From the NCBI GenBank assembly GCA_037129355.1, contig JBAXVO010000001.1, forward strand, positions 465 to 64,464: 64,000 nt of DNA, written 5' to 3'. The DNA is from Deltaproteobacteria bacterium (GTDB lineage: Bacteria > Myxococcota > Myxococcia > Myxococcales > Anaeromyxobacteraceae). The notes under the pieces are model-generated. The model was not told where the DNA came from, searched no databases, and worked only from the letters and a program-made list of their open reading frames with translations. A program made the position numbers and the translations under genes. Position 1 is the first letter of the stretch; every line of letters starts with the position of its first letter. Of this stretch, positions 1 through 9,456 are shown one piece after another.

Positions 1-38
1 CCGCTAAAGGTGTGGCTTCCCCACACGGTGCGCGCCAG

Positions 39-1112
39 ATGATCAAGACCAATCCCGCCTGGACGTGGGCCGTTCCCGCCGCCGCCGTATCCATCCTCGG
101 GCTGGCCATCCTCGTTCCCCATCCGGCGGTCCGCGTGCTCGCCGGGATCGTCCTCCTGCTCGCGGTCTTCGCGGCCGTCCACCACGCCGAGGTGATCGCC
201 CACCGGATCGGCGAACCCTTCGGCACGCTGGTGCTGGCGGTGGCGGTCACCGTCATCGAGGTGGCGCTCATCGCCTCCCTCATGCTCTCGGCCGGGGAGG
301 CGAAGGCCGAGCTGGCCCGCGACACGGTGCTCGCCGCCGTCATGCTGGCCGCCAACGGGATCGTGGGGCTGTGCCTGCTCTTCGGCGGGGTCCGCCACCA
401 CGAGCAGGGCTTCCAGGTGCGCGGCGCGAGCGCGGCCCTGGCCGTCCTGGCGGCGCTCTCGGTGATGACGCTCGTTCTCCCCAACCACCTGATCGCCACG
501 CCCGGGCCCACGCTGGCCCGCTCCCAGCTGATCTTCGAGGGGGTGGTGTCGCTGGTGCTGTACCTGACCTTCGTCTTCGTGCAGACCGTCCGCCACCGCG
601 ACTACTTCCTCGTCGAGGAGGGATCGGGCGACGAGGCGACCGCGCCCCCTTCCTCCACGGGCGCCGCCCTGGCCAGCCTGGGGCTCCTGCTCGTCGCGCT
701 GGTCTCGGTGGTGGGGCTCGCCAAGGTGCTCTCGCCCGACATCGAGCGGGCCGTGGCCGCGGTGGGGGCGCCGGTCGCCGTGGTGGGCATCGTCATCTCG
801 ATGGTGGTCCTCCTGCCGGAGTCGGTGGCGGCGCTCCGCGCGGCCCGCAGGAACCAGCTCCAGAACAGCCTCAACCTGGCGCTCGGCTCGTCGCTGGCGT
901 CGATCGGGCTCACCATCCCGGCCATCGCCGCCGTGTCGATCGTCTTCGGGAAGCCCATCGCCCTGGGCATCTCGGCCAAGGACACGGTGCTGCTCGCGCT
1001 CACGCTGCTCGTGAGCGTGATCACGCTCGGCACCGGGCGCACCACGGTGCTGCAGGGGATGGTCCACCTGACCATCCTCGCCGCCTACCTGTTCCTCTCC
1101 TTCGTCCCCTGA
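39..1112 (+). CDS. chaA: Ca2+/H+ (cation:proton) antiporter, CaCA/ChaA family
   Basis: Hydrophobic multi-TM ORF 12..1112 with non-shadow composition and two CaCA-type repeat segments (GEPFGTLVLAVAVTVIEV... and ...NLALGSSLASIGLTIP). ATG at 39; GTG at 12 is an alternative start. Confidence 0.8.
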   Translation: MIKTNPAWTWAVPAAAVSILGLAILVPHPAVRVLAGIVLLLAVFAAVHHAEVIAHRIGEPFGTLVLAVAVTVIEVALIASLMLSAGEAKAELARDTVLAAVMLAANGIVGLCLLFGGVRHHEQGFQVRGASAALAVLAALSVMTLVLPNHLIATPGPTLARSQLIFEGVVSLVLYLTFVFVQTVRHRDYFLVEEGSGDEATAPPSSTGAALASLGLLLVALVSVVGLAKVLSPDIERAVAAVGAPVAVVGIVISMVVLLPESVAALRAARRNQLQNSLNLALGSSLASIGLTIPAIAAVSIVFGKPIALGISAKDTVLLALTLLVSVITLGTGRTTVLQGMVHLTILAAYLFLSFVP

Positions 1113-1131
1113 CCGGCCCTGCCCCCCGGCC

Positions 1132-3435
1132 CTAGGCGGGCGGCAGGTCGAGGCAGTAGTCGTGGGCGTCGAGCGCGGCCCGGTCCATGGTGCCGGCCTT
1201 GACCCGGCGGACGACCTCCTCGCGAGGGAGATCGAAGATGGCCTCCAGGATCTGGCCGTGCAGGGCCGGCTTCGCCTGCCCGATCACGAAGAGGACGCGC
1301 GCGCTGTGCTGGACGTACCGGGGGGAGAGCAGCTGGCGCCGGAGGAGATCCATGATCACCGGGGCCTTGCTGCGGTCGAAGCGGCCCGGCTCCCCGCGCC
1401 GGTCCTGCTCGGCGAAGAAGGCCGCGGTCCACTCGTCGTGGTAGGCGAAGACCTTGTCGAAGAGCCCCCGGTCGAAGCGGGCGCCGGCCTTCACCGGCTC
1501 GGCCTTCTTCCCCAGGACCACGCCGTCGGCGGTGATCTCCTGGCGCAGCAGCGCCCCGTCCTTCGTCATGGGCGCCTGGTGGTGGGCCAGCGACCAGAGC
1601 CAGGACACGTAGATCCGGTAGGTGGCCAGGTCGTTCATGAAGCGCAGCTTCAGCTCGTAGTCGTCGATGGCAGCGGCGAAGTTGCCGTTCAGGATCTGGA
1701 AGCCGTAGTTGGCCGCCATGTAGAGCGAGTGCTGGACGTGCTCGATGGTCACGTCCCCCTTCGGGACCTGGTAGATGGCGTCCCACAGCGGGGCGGAGAG
1801 GAGCTTCTCGGGGGCGTCGAGCGACTCGCGGGTCACCACCACCGGGGTGATCTTGCCGGCGGCGTCGAGAACGCTGCGCGACTGGAGCAGCTCCCGCTCG
1901 GCGGCGGACAGGCCCGAGGCCGGCGTGGGAACGGGGCGTCCGGCCACCTCCACGGTCTCGAGCGGGCGGTCGACGAAGGCCTGGAGGTCGGCCAGCTTCG
2001 CCTGCAGGGGTGCGTTGCCGGCGGCCACGTACTCGGCCTCGGGGCTCGCCACCCAGCTCTGCCGGTAGGCGTCGTAGAGCCGCCCCTTCACGCTTCCGTC
2101 GAGGATGGCGGCGAGGGTGGGGCGCGCCCCGGCCGGAAGCGGCGCGTCGGGCACGAAGGTGAGGCCGAGGAGCCGCTCGCGCATCTTGTCGACCACCATG
2201 GCGCGGATGGCGAGCGGGTTGTAGCGGGCGCGTCCGTACGGATCGCCCTTCTGGTAGATCATCACCGCGGCCATGCCGCCGATGGGCGAGGCGTGGGTGA
2301 GCGCGCCGTCCTTCATGCCGGCCATGGTCATGAGCAGCGCGTTGTAGCGCTGGTAGGCGATCATGTTGGGCGTGGCCATTCCCACCGACTGCGGGTCGGG
2401 GAAGATGCCCTTCGGATCGTCCTTCCACATCTCGATGAGGCTGCCCAGGTAGTCCCAGCGCCCCACGTTGGTGCCGAGGAGGCGCCGACGGAAGGTCCAG
2501 GCGATGGCCGGCAGGTAGCGCCCCGCCATCCCCTCCTCGTAGAGCATCTTGGCCTTGAGGGTCCCGGCCGGCACGCCGATGAGCTCCTCGATGCGGGAGA
2601 GGAGCCGCTCGACGATGAGCGCCTCCCGCGGGGTCTGCATCTTGGGGATGTAGAAGTAGGTCCCGCTGCCGGCGCGCCGGAGCGCATCGAAGTTGTTGAG
2701 CGCCCAGAGGACCGCGATGACCACGGTGCCGGGGGCCGGCTTCCCGTCGACGGTGACGTGGTCGTAGCGCAGGTGGATGCTGGGCGGCCGGGCGAGGCGC
2801 GTGGGCCACTGCGCCGGGGGACGGTCGATCTTGTAGCTGCGGGTCTTGCCCTTCTTCGCCACCTCGTAGGGCTTCGTGTCCCAGTTGCCCGCGAAGATCT
2901 CCTTGGCGTTCTGCATCGCCGCGTAGACGCCCACCGGCTCGCCGGCCGGTGCGCTCTCGGGGTGGAAGTGGGGCGGGGAGGCGTCCTCGAAGTCCGGCAT
3001 GTTCATCGGCGCGGGGCTGTTCAGGGCGTTCATCGCCATGTCGAGCGGGGCCCAGGGGCCGGTCAGCTCGAGCCCCGGGTTGCGCCCCGGGTGGACGTGG
3101 TCGGGGATGGCCACCTGGTCGTTGAGCCGCCAGCGCCACGGCGTCTCCCGCCCCAGGAAGTTGTCGACGAGCCCCTGCACGATCTGCCGGTAGGTCCAGG
3201 ACTTCCCGGAGATGGGGTCCTCGAAGCTCTCGTCCCATGCCGGCCAGGCGTACTTCCCGGCCACCGCCCCGGGAGCCGCCAGGATGGCCCGGCGGGCGGC
3301 GAGCGCCTCGGCGATGGCCGGGTCGATCTCCCGGGAGAGCAGCGTGATGGTCTCGTCGACGTCGAGCTCGCGCCCGTTGACGGTCTTCTTGCCGAAGAGG
3401 CCGGGGAACTGCTGGAGGATGTCCGAGCGGATCAT
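1132..3435 (-). CDS. malate synthase (atypical long form, 767 aa)
   Basis: Only the C-terminal 767 codons of chimeric ORF 1132..6345 look coding. ATG at 3435 with GAGGAG 9 nt upstream. Malate-synthase signatures DFEDASPP, YFYIPKMQTPREA, GRWDYLGS, GGMAAV. Confidence 0.85.
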   Translation of the reverse strand: MIRSDILQQFPGLFGKKTVNGRELDVDETITLLSREIDPAIAEALAARRAILAAPGAVAGKYAWPAWDESFEDPISGKSWTYRQIVQGLVDNFLGRETPWRWRLNDQVAIPDHVHPGRNPGLELTGPWAPLDMAMNALNSPAPMNMPDFEDASPPHFHPESAPAGEPVGVYAAMQNAKEIFAGNWDTKPYEVAKKGKTRSYKIDRPPAQWPTRLARPPSIHLRYDHVTVDGKPAPGTVVIAVLWALNNFDALRRAGSGTYFYIPKMQTPREALIVERLLSRIEELIGVPAGTLKAKMLYEEGMAGRYLPAIAWTFRRRLLGTNVGRWDYLGSLIEMWKDDPKGIFPDPQSVGMATPNMIAYQRYNALLMTMAGMKDGALTHASPIGGMAAVMIYQKGDPYGRARYNPLAIRAMVVDKMRERLLGLTFVPDAPLPAGARPTLAAILDGSVKGRLYDAYRQSWVASPEAEYVAAGNAPLQAKLADLQAFVDRPLETVEVAGRPVPTPASGLSAAERELLQSRSVLDAAGKITPVVVTRESLDAPEKLLSAPLWDAIYQVPKGDVTIEHVQHSLYMAANYGFQILNGNFAAAIDDYELKLRFMNDLATYRIYVSWLWSLAHHQAPMTKDGALLRQEITADGVVLGKKAEPVKAGARFDRGLFDKVFAYHDEWTAAFFAEQDRRGEPGRFDRSKAPVIMDLLRRQLLSPRYVQHSARVLFVIGQAKPALHGQILEAIFDLPREEVVRRVKAGTMDRAALDAHDYCLDLPPA

Positions 3436-3548
3436 GGGGGTCGACTCCTCTGAAGGGGCCGGACCGATCCGGCCGGAGACAGGTCTGTTTACCCGGTATG
3501 GCTCCGCCGGGGTCTTCTTTCCGGTGATCCCGAAGGGGTCGGCGACCC

Positions 3549-5795
3549 CTAAGCGGCTATCATCTTCTGCAGGGCCAGCTTGTCGGCGGCGAGCAGTTCC
3601 TTCACCCGCTCCTGGGCCACGTCGGCGACGATGATCTCGCCGACCTCCTCGTTGACCACGTTGAAGAGCCCCTGGCGCTTCATGCCCTCGGCCTGCCGCT
3701 GGTTGTCCTCGGTCGGGGTCACGTAGTGCACCGAGTAGATCTTGTAGCGGTGCATGAGGAAGAGCTGCAGGAGCGTCATGAGCCGCTTCTTGCGGAGCGC
3801 CAGGTCGAAGTTGTTCTGGTCGCGCACCGAGAGGATGTTGCGCCCCTTGCGGTCCTGGATGACCGCGAAGACCACGTTGGCCCGCACCTTCCCGTCGGGG
3901 CCGAGCAGCCCGAGCTCGAGCAGGTCGGAGCCGGCGCTGCGCGGCTTGAGCGAGACCTTGAGCTTCTCGGACAGCCCGTGGTGCTTCCGCCAGGCGTCGA
4001 TCCAGTCCTCGAGGACCTTGACCGGGACCTCGGTCTGCACGAGGTGCTGGTGCTGGGTGGAGCCCTGCCCCATGGCCTTGGTGGTGGAGGTCCGGCCCGA
4101 GATGGACATGAGGCCGGCGTCGGCGCGCGGCCCGCCCACCAGCGTCTGCGGGGTGCGGTAGCCCGACTCGAGGAGCCGGAACTTCCGCTGCAGCCGGGCC
4201 AGCGCCAGCATGCCGTCCTGGCGGAGCGCGGTGGCGAACTCCTCGGAGGCCAGGCCGTCGATCTGGTGGCCGCCGTAGGTGATGAAGTTGAAGACGAAGC
4301 CCATCTTCCCGAGCTCGATGGGGAAGGCGCGCATCTGCTCGTCGTTCATCCCGGTGGTGTCCCAGTTGAAGGACGGGGACAGGTTGTAGGCCATCATCTT
4401 GTCCGGGTAGACGGCGTGGATGGCGTCGGCGAACTTCTTGGCGTCGTGCAGGTCGGCGGTCTTGGTCTCCATCCAGAGGATGTCGGAGAAGGGGGCCGCC
4501 GCCAGCGACTTGGCGATGGCGTAGTCGATGCCGCCGCGCACCTGGTAGTAGCCGTCCGGCGTCTTGGCGTGCTCGCAGTCCCAGACGATGTCGACGCCGA
4601 CCTGGCGGGCCTTCTCGCGGGCCTTGTAGAACGGCATGCTCCCCGCGTAGGCCAGCCACTGCTCCTTGGTCACGGGCGGGGGATCGCCCTCGTTGTGCCG
4701 GAAGGCGATGACGTTGCCCACCGCCTCGGCGTAGGTGCAGATGCCCGCCTCCAGCTGCCAGGTGTCGACGAATTTGTCGAAGACCTTGTCGAGCGCGGCG
4801 TCGACGGTGAGCTTGCCGGCCTTGCACTCGGCGGCCGCGGCGTCGACGGCCTTGGCGAAGCCGCTGGTCGACAGCCAGGCGTCGGCGGCCGCGTACTCCT
4901 CGTCGCAGAGGGCGTAGAGGAGGTGGCCGGACAGCTCCTCGATGCCGGCCCGGTGGAACTGCCGGAGCATGGCCAGGAAGGCCGCCTTGAAGGTGGGGGT
5001 GGAGACGTTCACCGCGCCCAGGATGAAGGGCTGGTCCCGGTCGTCGCTGCGCCCGTCGAGGAGGGTGGCCGACTCGGCGTCGGTGCGGGCCACGATGATG
5101 CCCGCCACCCCCATGATGTCGAGCTGGAAGCGGGCCGCGGAGAGCCGCTTCACCTGCTCGTCCTCGGAGACGAGCACCTTGCCGCCCTGGTGGCCGCACT
5201 TCTTCACGCCCGGCTTCTGGTCCTCGATGTGGTAGCCGGGGACGCCCACCTCGACGAAGCGGCGGACGAGGTTGCGCACGTGGGCGTCGCCGCCGTGGCC
5301 GGTGTCGGCGTCGGCGATGATGAAGGGGCGGAAGTCCACCTCGGGGGTGTTCCTGCGCTGCTCCTCGGTCATGCGGGCGCGGGCGAAGGCCTGGTTGCGG
5401 TCGGCGGTGAGGAGCGCGCGGACGATGGGCGCCGCCTCGTCGGGGACCTGGGAGAGCGGGTAGCTCGCCAGGTCGGGGCCGGGGTCCTCCTGGTCGGAGC
5501 CCTTGGCGGAGGTGGCCCAGCCGCCCAGGTAGATGCCCTCGATCCCCATCCGCTTCATGGCCACGGCCTGGCCCGGGGAGTACGGCCCGAAGGTGGTGAT
5601 GCTCTTCCGCTCGGCGAAGAGCTGGCGGAGGCGGAGGTGGAAGGCGTCGGCGGCGTCGCGCGCCACGGCGTAGTCGGGGCGGATGGTTCCGCGCTGCTCG
5701 ATCACCTCGCGCGCGGTGTGGACCCTCTTGATGCCGGCGAAGCGGGGGCTCGCGAACCATTCCTTCAGCTGGGCAACTTCCTTCTCGAAGTCCAT
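3549..5795 (-). CDS. aceA: isocitrate lyase, long ICL2-like form (748 aa)
   Basis: ATG at 5795 with AGGAG 6 nt upstream. ICL signature KKCGHQGGK and [11 protein letters not shown]. About 300 aa longer than E. coli-type AceA, with an internal insertion and an extra C-terminal domain. Confidence 0.92.
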   Translation of the reverse strand: MDFEKEVAQLKEWFASPRFAGIKRVHTAREVIEQRGTIRPDYAVARDAADAFHLRLRQLFAERKSITTFGPYSPGQAVAMKRMGIEGIYLGGWATSAKGSDQEDPGPDLASYPLSQVPDEAAPIVRALLTADRNQAFARARMTEEQRRNTPEVDFRPFIIADADTGHGGDAHVRNLVRRFVEVGVPGYHIEDQKPGVKKCGHQGGKVLVSEDEQVKRLSAARFQLDIMGVAGIIVARTDAESATLLDGRSDDRDQPFILGAVNVSTPTFKAAFLAMLRQFHRAGIEELSGHLLYALCDEEYAAADAWLSTSGFAKAVDAAAAECKAGKLTVDAALDKVFDKFVDTWQLEAGICTYAEAVGNVIAFRHNEGDPPPVTKEQWLAYAGSMPFYKAREKARQVGVDIVWDCEHAKTPDGYYQVRGGIDYAIAKSLAAAPFSDILWMETKTADLHDAKKFADAIHAVYPDKMMAYNLSPSFNWDTTGMNDEQMRAFPIELGKMGFVFNFITYGGHQIDGLASEEFATALRQDGMLALARLQRKFRLLESGYRTPQTLVGGPRADAGLMSISGRTSTTKAMGQGSTQHQHLVQTEVPVKVLEDWIDAWRKHHGLSEKLKVSLKPRSAGSDLLELGLLGPDGKVRANVVFAVIQDRKGRNILSVRDQNNFDLALRKKRLMTLLQLFLMHRYKIYSVHYVTPTEDNQRQAEGMKRQGLFNVVNEEVGEIIVADVAQERVKELLAADKLALQKMIAA

Positions 5796-5997
5796 GCAGA
5801 TCTCCTGGGTGGGGTAAACGTTGTAAGAGGCAACCGGCGCGTTGTCCTGCCCCCGGAGGGATCTTCCGGCCCAACGTTTGAAAAGGTCCCGGGCGGGATC
5901 CGGCCGGGGCGGGGCGTTTCGAGTAAATCTTGTAAAGCCGCCAGGGCGCCCGTCGGCCGAGATGGCCCCCGGCCCAGGTTCGTGATTTCCTCCGGGA

Positions 5998-6420
5998 ATG
6001 AAGTGGTCCCGGATCACCGTCGGTCTCGTCGCCGTGCTCTTCGCCATCCAGCTCGTCCCAGTGGCCCGGACCAACCCGCCGGCGAGGTCGACCGTCGTCG
6101 CGCCGCCCGAGGTGGCGAGCGTCCTGCGCCGGGCCTGCTTCGACTGCCACTCGAACGAGACGGCCTGGCCGGCGCAGGCCTACGTGGCGCCCCTCTCCTG
6201 GCTCGTCGCCCACGACGTCCAGGAGGGCAGGGAGGAGCTCAACTTCTCCGACTGGGGGCCGAAGCAGGTGGAGAAGACCGCGAAGAAGCTCGCCAAGGAG
6301 GTGGGCTCGGGGGACATGCCCCCCTTCCTCTACGTCGTCGGCCACCCGGGGGCGAAGCTCACCAACGACGAGAAGGCCCTGCTCGTGAACTGGGCGCAGG
6401 GGCTCGGATCGGGGCGGTAG
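5998..6420 (+). CDS. haem-binding domain protein (single CxxCH, N-terminal TM/signal anchor)
   Basis: ORF 5998..6420 with normal composition; CFDCH haem-c motif; N-terminal hydrophobic helix; resembles Haem_bd (PF14376-type) proteins. Confidence 0.7.
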   Translation: MKWSRITVGLVAVLFAIQLVPVARTNPPARSTVVAPPEVASVLRRACFDCHSNETAWPAQAYVAPLSWLVAHDVQEGREELNFSDWGPKQVEKTAKKLAKEVGSGDMPPFLYVVGHPGAKLTNDEKALLVNWAQGLGSGR

Positions 6421-6450
6421 GCGAACCGGACCGCCGTCCCCGGCGGGCGA

Positions 6451-7848
6451 TCACCCCGGCTTGAAGTCATCGGACCGCAGGCCGTGCTTCTTGAGGAGCC
6501 GGTGCAGGCTCTCCCGCTCGACCCCGGCGCGGGCGGCGGCGCGGGTCACGTTGCCCTGGAACTCGGAGAGCAGCGCGATCAGGTACTCCCGCGAGACCCG
6601 GTCCTGCGCCTGCTCCACCGCCTCCCGGTAGGGCATGGCGGCGAGCACCGGACCGGGGGGCGTCACGGGCGCGGGCAGGGCCAGCTCCGGGGGCAGGTCG
6701 CGCGGGAGCAGGCTGGTCCCGGACGCGATGGCCACCGCCCGCTCGATGGCGTTCTCGAGCTCGCGCACGTTGCCGGGCCAGGCCCAGGAGGTGAGCAGCC
6801 GCAGCGACTCCGGGTCGAGCCCGGTCACCTCGCGCCGCATGGCGCGGGCGTGCTTGGCGAGGAAGTGGGCGGCGAGCAGCGGCACGTCCTCGGCCCGCTC
6901 GCGGAGCGGGGGGAGCCGGATGGGGAAGACGTTCAGCCGGTAGAAGAGGTCCTCGCGGAACCGGCCCGCGGCGGCCTCGGCCTTCAGATCTCGGTGGGTG
7001 GCGGCCACGACCCGGACGTCCACCTTCATCGGCGAGGCGTCGCCGACCCGCCGCACCTCCCGCTCCTGGATCACGCGGTTCAGCTTCACCTGCGTCTGCA
7101 GCGGCAGCTCCCCGATCTCGTCGAGGAAGATCGTCCCGCCGTCGGCCTCCTCGAAGAGGCCGCCCTTGGCGCTGGTGGCGCCGGTGAAGGCGCCCCGCAC
7201 GTGGCCGAAGAGCTCGCTCTCCACCAGGTCGGGAGGCAGCGCCCCGCAGTTCACCGGCACGAAGCGCCGCTCCTTGCGGGACGAGTGGTAGTGGATGGCG
7301 CGGGCGGCGAGCTCCTTGCCGGTCCCGGTCTCCCCGCCGAGGAGCACCGTGATGTCGAGCCCCGCGGCCTGCTCGAGGAGGCGGTAGACGTCGCGCATCC
7401 GGCCGCTCTTCCCCACCAGGTTGTGGAAGGCGTGGATCCCCGCGAGCTCGCGGCGCAGGCTGGCCGCCTCGTCGCGCAGGCGCCTGCGCTCGGCGGCCCG
7501 GGCCACGACGAGCGCCGCCGCGTCGGGGTCGAACGGCTTCTCGAGGTAGTCGTAGGCGCCGAGCTTCATGGCCCGCACCGCGTCCCCCACCGTCCCGTAG
7601 CCGGTCATCATCACCACCTCGGTGGAGGGGGACCGGGCCTTCACCGCGGCCAGCACCTCGAAGCCGCCGGCGCCGGGCATGCGGATGTCGGTGACCACCA
7701 CGTCGAAGTCGCCGGTGCCGACGAGGGAGAGGGCCCGGGCGCCGTCGAGGGCGGTGGTGACCTCGTACCCGTCGGCGAGGATCTTCTCGAACAGCTTGAG
7801 GATGTTCTCCTTGTCGTCCACCACCAGCACGCGCACCGGGCTCTTCAC
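6451..7848 (-). CDS. sigma54-dependent response regulator (NtrC family: REC + AAA+ + HTH)
   Basis: REC domain (VLVVDD...DIRMPG), Walker A GETGTGKE, sigma54-contact GAFTGA, ESELFGH, C-terminal Fis-type HTH. Confidence 0.93.
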   Translation of the reverse strand: MKSPVRVLVVDDKENILKLFEKILADGYEVTTALDGARALSLVGTGDFDVVVTDIRMPGAGGFEVLAAVKARSPSTEVVMMTGYGTVGDAVRAMKLGAYDYLEKPFDPDAAALVVARAAERRRLRDEAASLRRELAGIHAFHNLVGKSGRMRDVYRLLEQAAGLDITVLLGGETGTGKELAARAIHYHSSRKERRFVPVNCGALPPDLVESELFGHVRGAFTGATSAKGGLFEEADGGTIFLDEIGELPLQTQVKLNRVIQEREVRRVGDASPMKVDVRVVAATHRDLKAEAAAGRFREDLFYRLNVFPIRLPPLRERAEDVPLLAAHFLAKHARAMRREVTGLDPESLRLLTSWAWPGNVRELENAIERAVAIASGTSLLPRDLPPELALPAPVTPPGPVLAAMPYREAVEQAQDRVSREYLIALLSEFQGNVTRAAARAGVERESLHRLLKKHGLRSDDFKPG

Positions 7849-9296
7849 GGGACCTCCCCGGCCGGGCCGCGGGGGAGACGGAGGGTGAATCTCGCCCCGC
7901 CCTCCCGTCGCGACTCCCCGGTCACGTCGCCGCCGTGGGCGCGGGCGATGGCCCGCGACACCGCGAGCCCCAGCCCGGTACCGCGGTCCTTGGTGGTGAA
8001 GAAGGGCTCGAAGAGGCGGGCCGCCGCGGCCTCGCCGATCCCCGGGCCGGAATCCTCGACCTCGACCCGGGCCTGGGAGGGCTCCTCGACGACCCGCACC
8101 ACCACCCGGCCGCCCGGCCCGGCCGCCTCGGCGGCGTTGCGCACCAGGTTGGCGAGGACCTGGCGGAGCTTGGCCGGCGCTCCCGGAGCCGCGCCGGCGC
8201 CCTCCACCCCGATGACCGCGCCGTCCTGGCCGGTGGCCTCGCCGTGTCGGGCCACCACGTCGTCGCAGATCTCCCGGAGGTCCACCCGGGCCAGCCCGGC
8301 CGGGAGCGGCCGGGAGAGGTCGAGCAGCCCCTCCACGATGTCGCGGGCGCGGATGGCCTCGTCCTCGATGATCTTGAGCTCGTCGTGGAGAGGGCCCTGG
8401 GCCTTCTTCCGGAGCAGTCGCGCGTATCCCAGGATCACCGCGAGCGGGTTGTTGATCTCGTGCGCCACGCCGGCGGCGAGCCGGCCGATGCCGGCCAGCT
8501 TCTCGCTCTGGACCAGGCGGTCCTGGTGCTCGGTGAGCGACGCGGTCATGGCGTTGAACTGCCGGGCCAGCGCGCCGAACTCGTCGGGCGTGTCCACGTC
8601 GATGCGGGTGTCCAGGCGGCCGGCGGCGAGCCGGGCCGCCCCTTCTTGGAGCCGCGCGATGGGGCGGGCGATGGAACGTCCGATGTAGAGGCTCACCGCG
8701 CCGGCCACGAGCGGCGCGCCGAGCAGGAGCGCCACGATCCAGGCCTTGGTGCGCCGCTCGACCGACTCCACCTCGGCCCGGGCCGCGGCGATGGAACCCT
8801 CCGAGCGGGCCACGAGCGCCTCGGCCAGGTCCTGGATGCGCGTCACCACGAGCTGGGCCCGGGCGTGCTCCTCCTGCACGAAGGCCCGGTCCCCCCGGAC
8901 CACCGCCGGGACGATGCCCTGGCGGAAGATGCCGTCGAGCTCCCCGCTGGCCCCCTCGATGGCGTCCACCGAGGCGAGGGCCTCCGGGGAACTCGAGCTC
9001 TGCCGCAGCTGCCGGGTCAGCTCGAGCACGCGCCGCTGGGCATCGGAGTAGAAGCCCAGGTGGCTCTCGTCGCCGATGATGATGGTGTGGGCCTGGTGGG
9101 CGTACTGGTCGCGCACCGCGCTGGCGAGCTGCAGGGCCACCCGGACGTCCTCCTCGGCCACCTTCATCCGCGCGACCGCGTCCTGCGTCCGCTGGAGACC
9201 GGCGAGCGCCACCCAGGAGGCGAGGCCGAAGATGGCCACCATGGCGCCGAAGCCGAGGAGGAGCCTGCGCGCCGTGCCGGACCAGGTGGAGATCAT
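7845..9296 (-). CDS. sensor histidine kinase (periplasmic helical sensor, HAMP, HisKA, HATPase)
   Basis: ATG at 9296 (MISTWSG...). Two TM helices flank a ~150-aa periplasmic helical domain. HAMP domain, H-box HEINNPL, G-box GTGLGLAV. 4-nt overlap with the regulator gene. Confidence 0.9.
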   Translation of the reverse strand: MISTWSGTARRLLLGFGAMVAIFGLASWVALAGLQRTQDAVARMKVAEEDVRVALQLASAVRDQYAHQAHTIIIGDESHLGFYSDAQRRVLELTRQLRQSSSSPEALASVDAIEGASGELDGIFRQGIVPAVVRGDRAFVQEEHARAQLVVTRIQDLAEALVARSEGSIAAARAEVESVERRTKAWIVALLLGAPLVAGAVSLYIGRSIARPIARLQEGAARLAAGRLDTRIDVDTPDEFGALARQFNAMTASLTEHQDRLVQSEKLAGIGRLAAGVAHEINNPLAVILGYARLLRKKAQGPLHDELKIIEDEAIRARDIVEGLLDLSRPLPAGLARVDLREICDDVVARHGEATGQDGAVIGVEGAGAAPGAPAKLRQVLANLVRNAAEAAGPGGRVVVRVVEEPSQARVEVEDSGPGIGEAAAARLFEPFFTTKDRGTGLGLAVSRAIARAHGGDVTGESRREGGARFTLRLPRGPAGEVP

Positions 9297-9424
9297 CGAT
9301 GGGTAACCCTCGAAGTCACAGTGTAATCCTTTCGGTGACCCTTTGTCCCGCCGGGTTCCGGTCGGAGGGGGGCCAACCCTCTGGATTTCCATGCTCCAGC
9401 CCCCCGGATCGCCCGGGTCACCCC

Positions 9425-9441
9425 CGGCATGCTTGCTGCTC
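9425..9441 (+). promoter_or_regulatory. weak sigma54-like -24/-12 element upstream of cusC
   Basis: cGGCATGcttgCTGCt has correct GG-N10-GC spacing. It lies in the intergenic region between the divergent NtrC-type two-component genes and cusCBA. It sits only ~18 nt from the cusC ATG, which argues against function. Confidence 0.2.
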
Positions 9442-9456
9442 TCGTGCCGGGTACAC

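Noticed and set aside
3436-6345. N-terminal ~970 aa of the 1737-aa minus-strand ORF 1132..6345
   Set aside because: It has Arg/Pro/Gly/Ala-dominated shadow composition and overlaps the clearly genuine isocitrate lyase in another frame. The real malate synthase starts at the internal ATG 3435, which has its own RBS.
9315-9339. GTCAC-N15-GTGAC inverted repeat in the kinase/cusC spacer as an enhancer-binding-protein site
   Set aside because: The arms are only 5 bp and could arise by chance. It is mentioned only as part of the low-GC control region.
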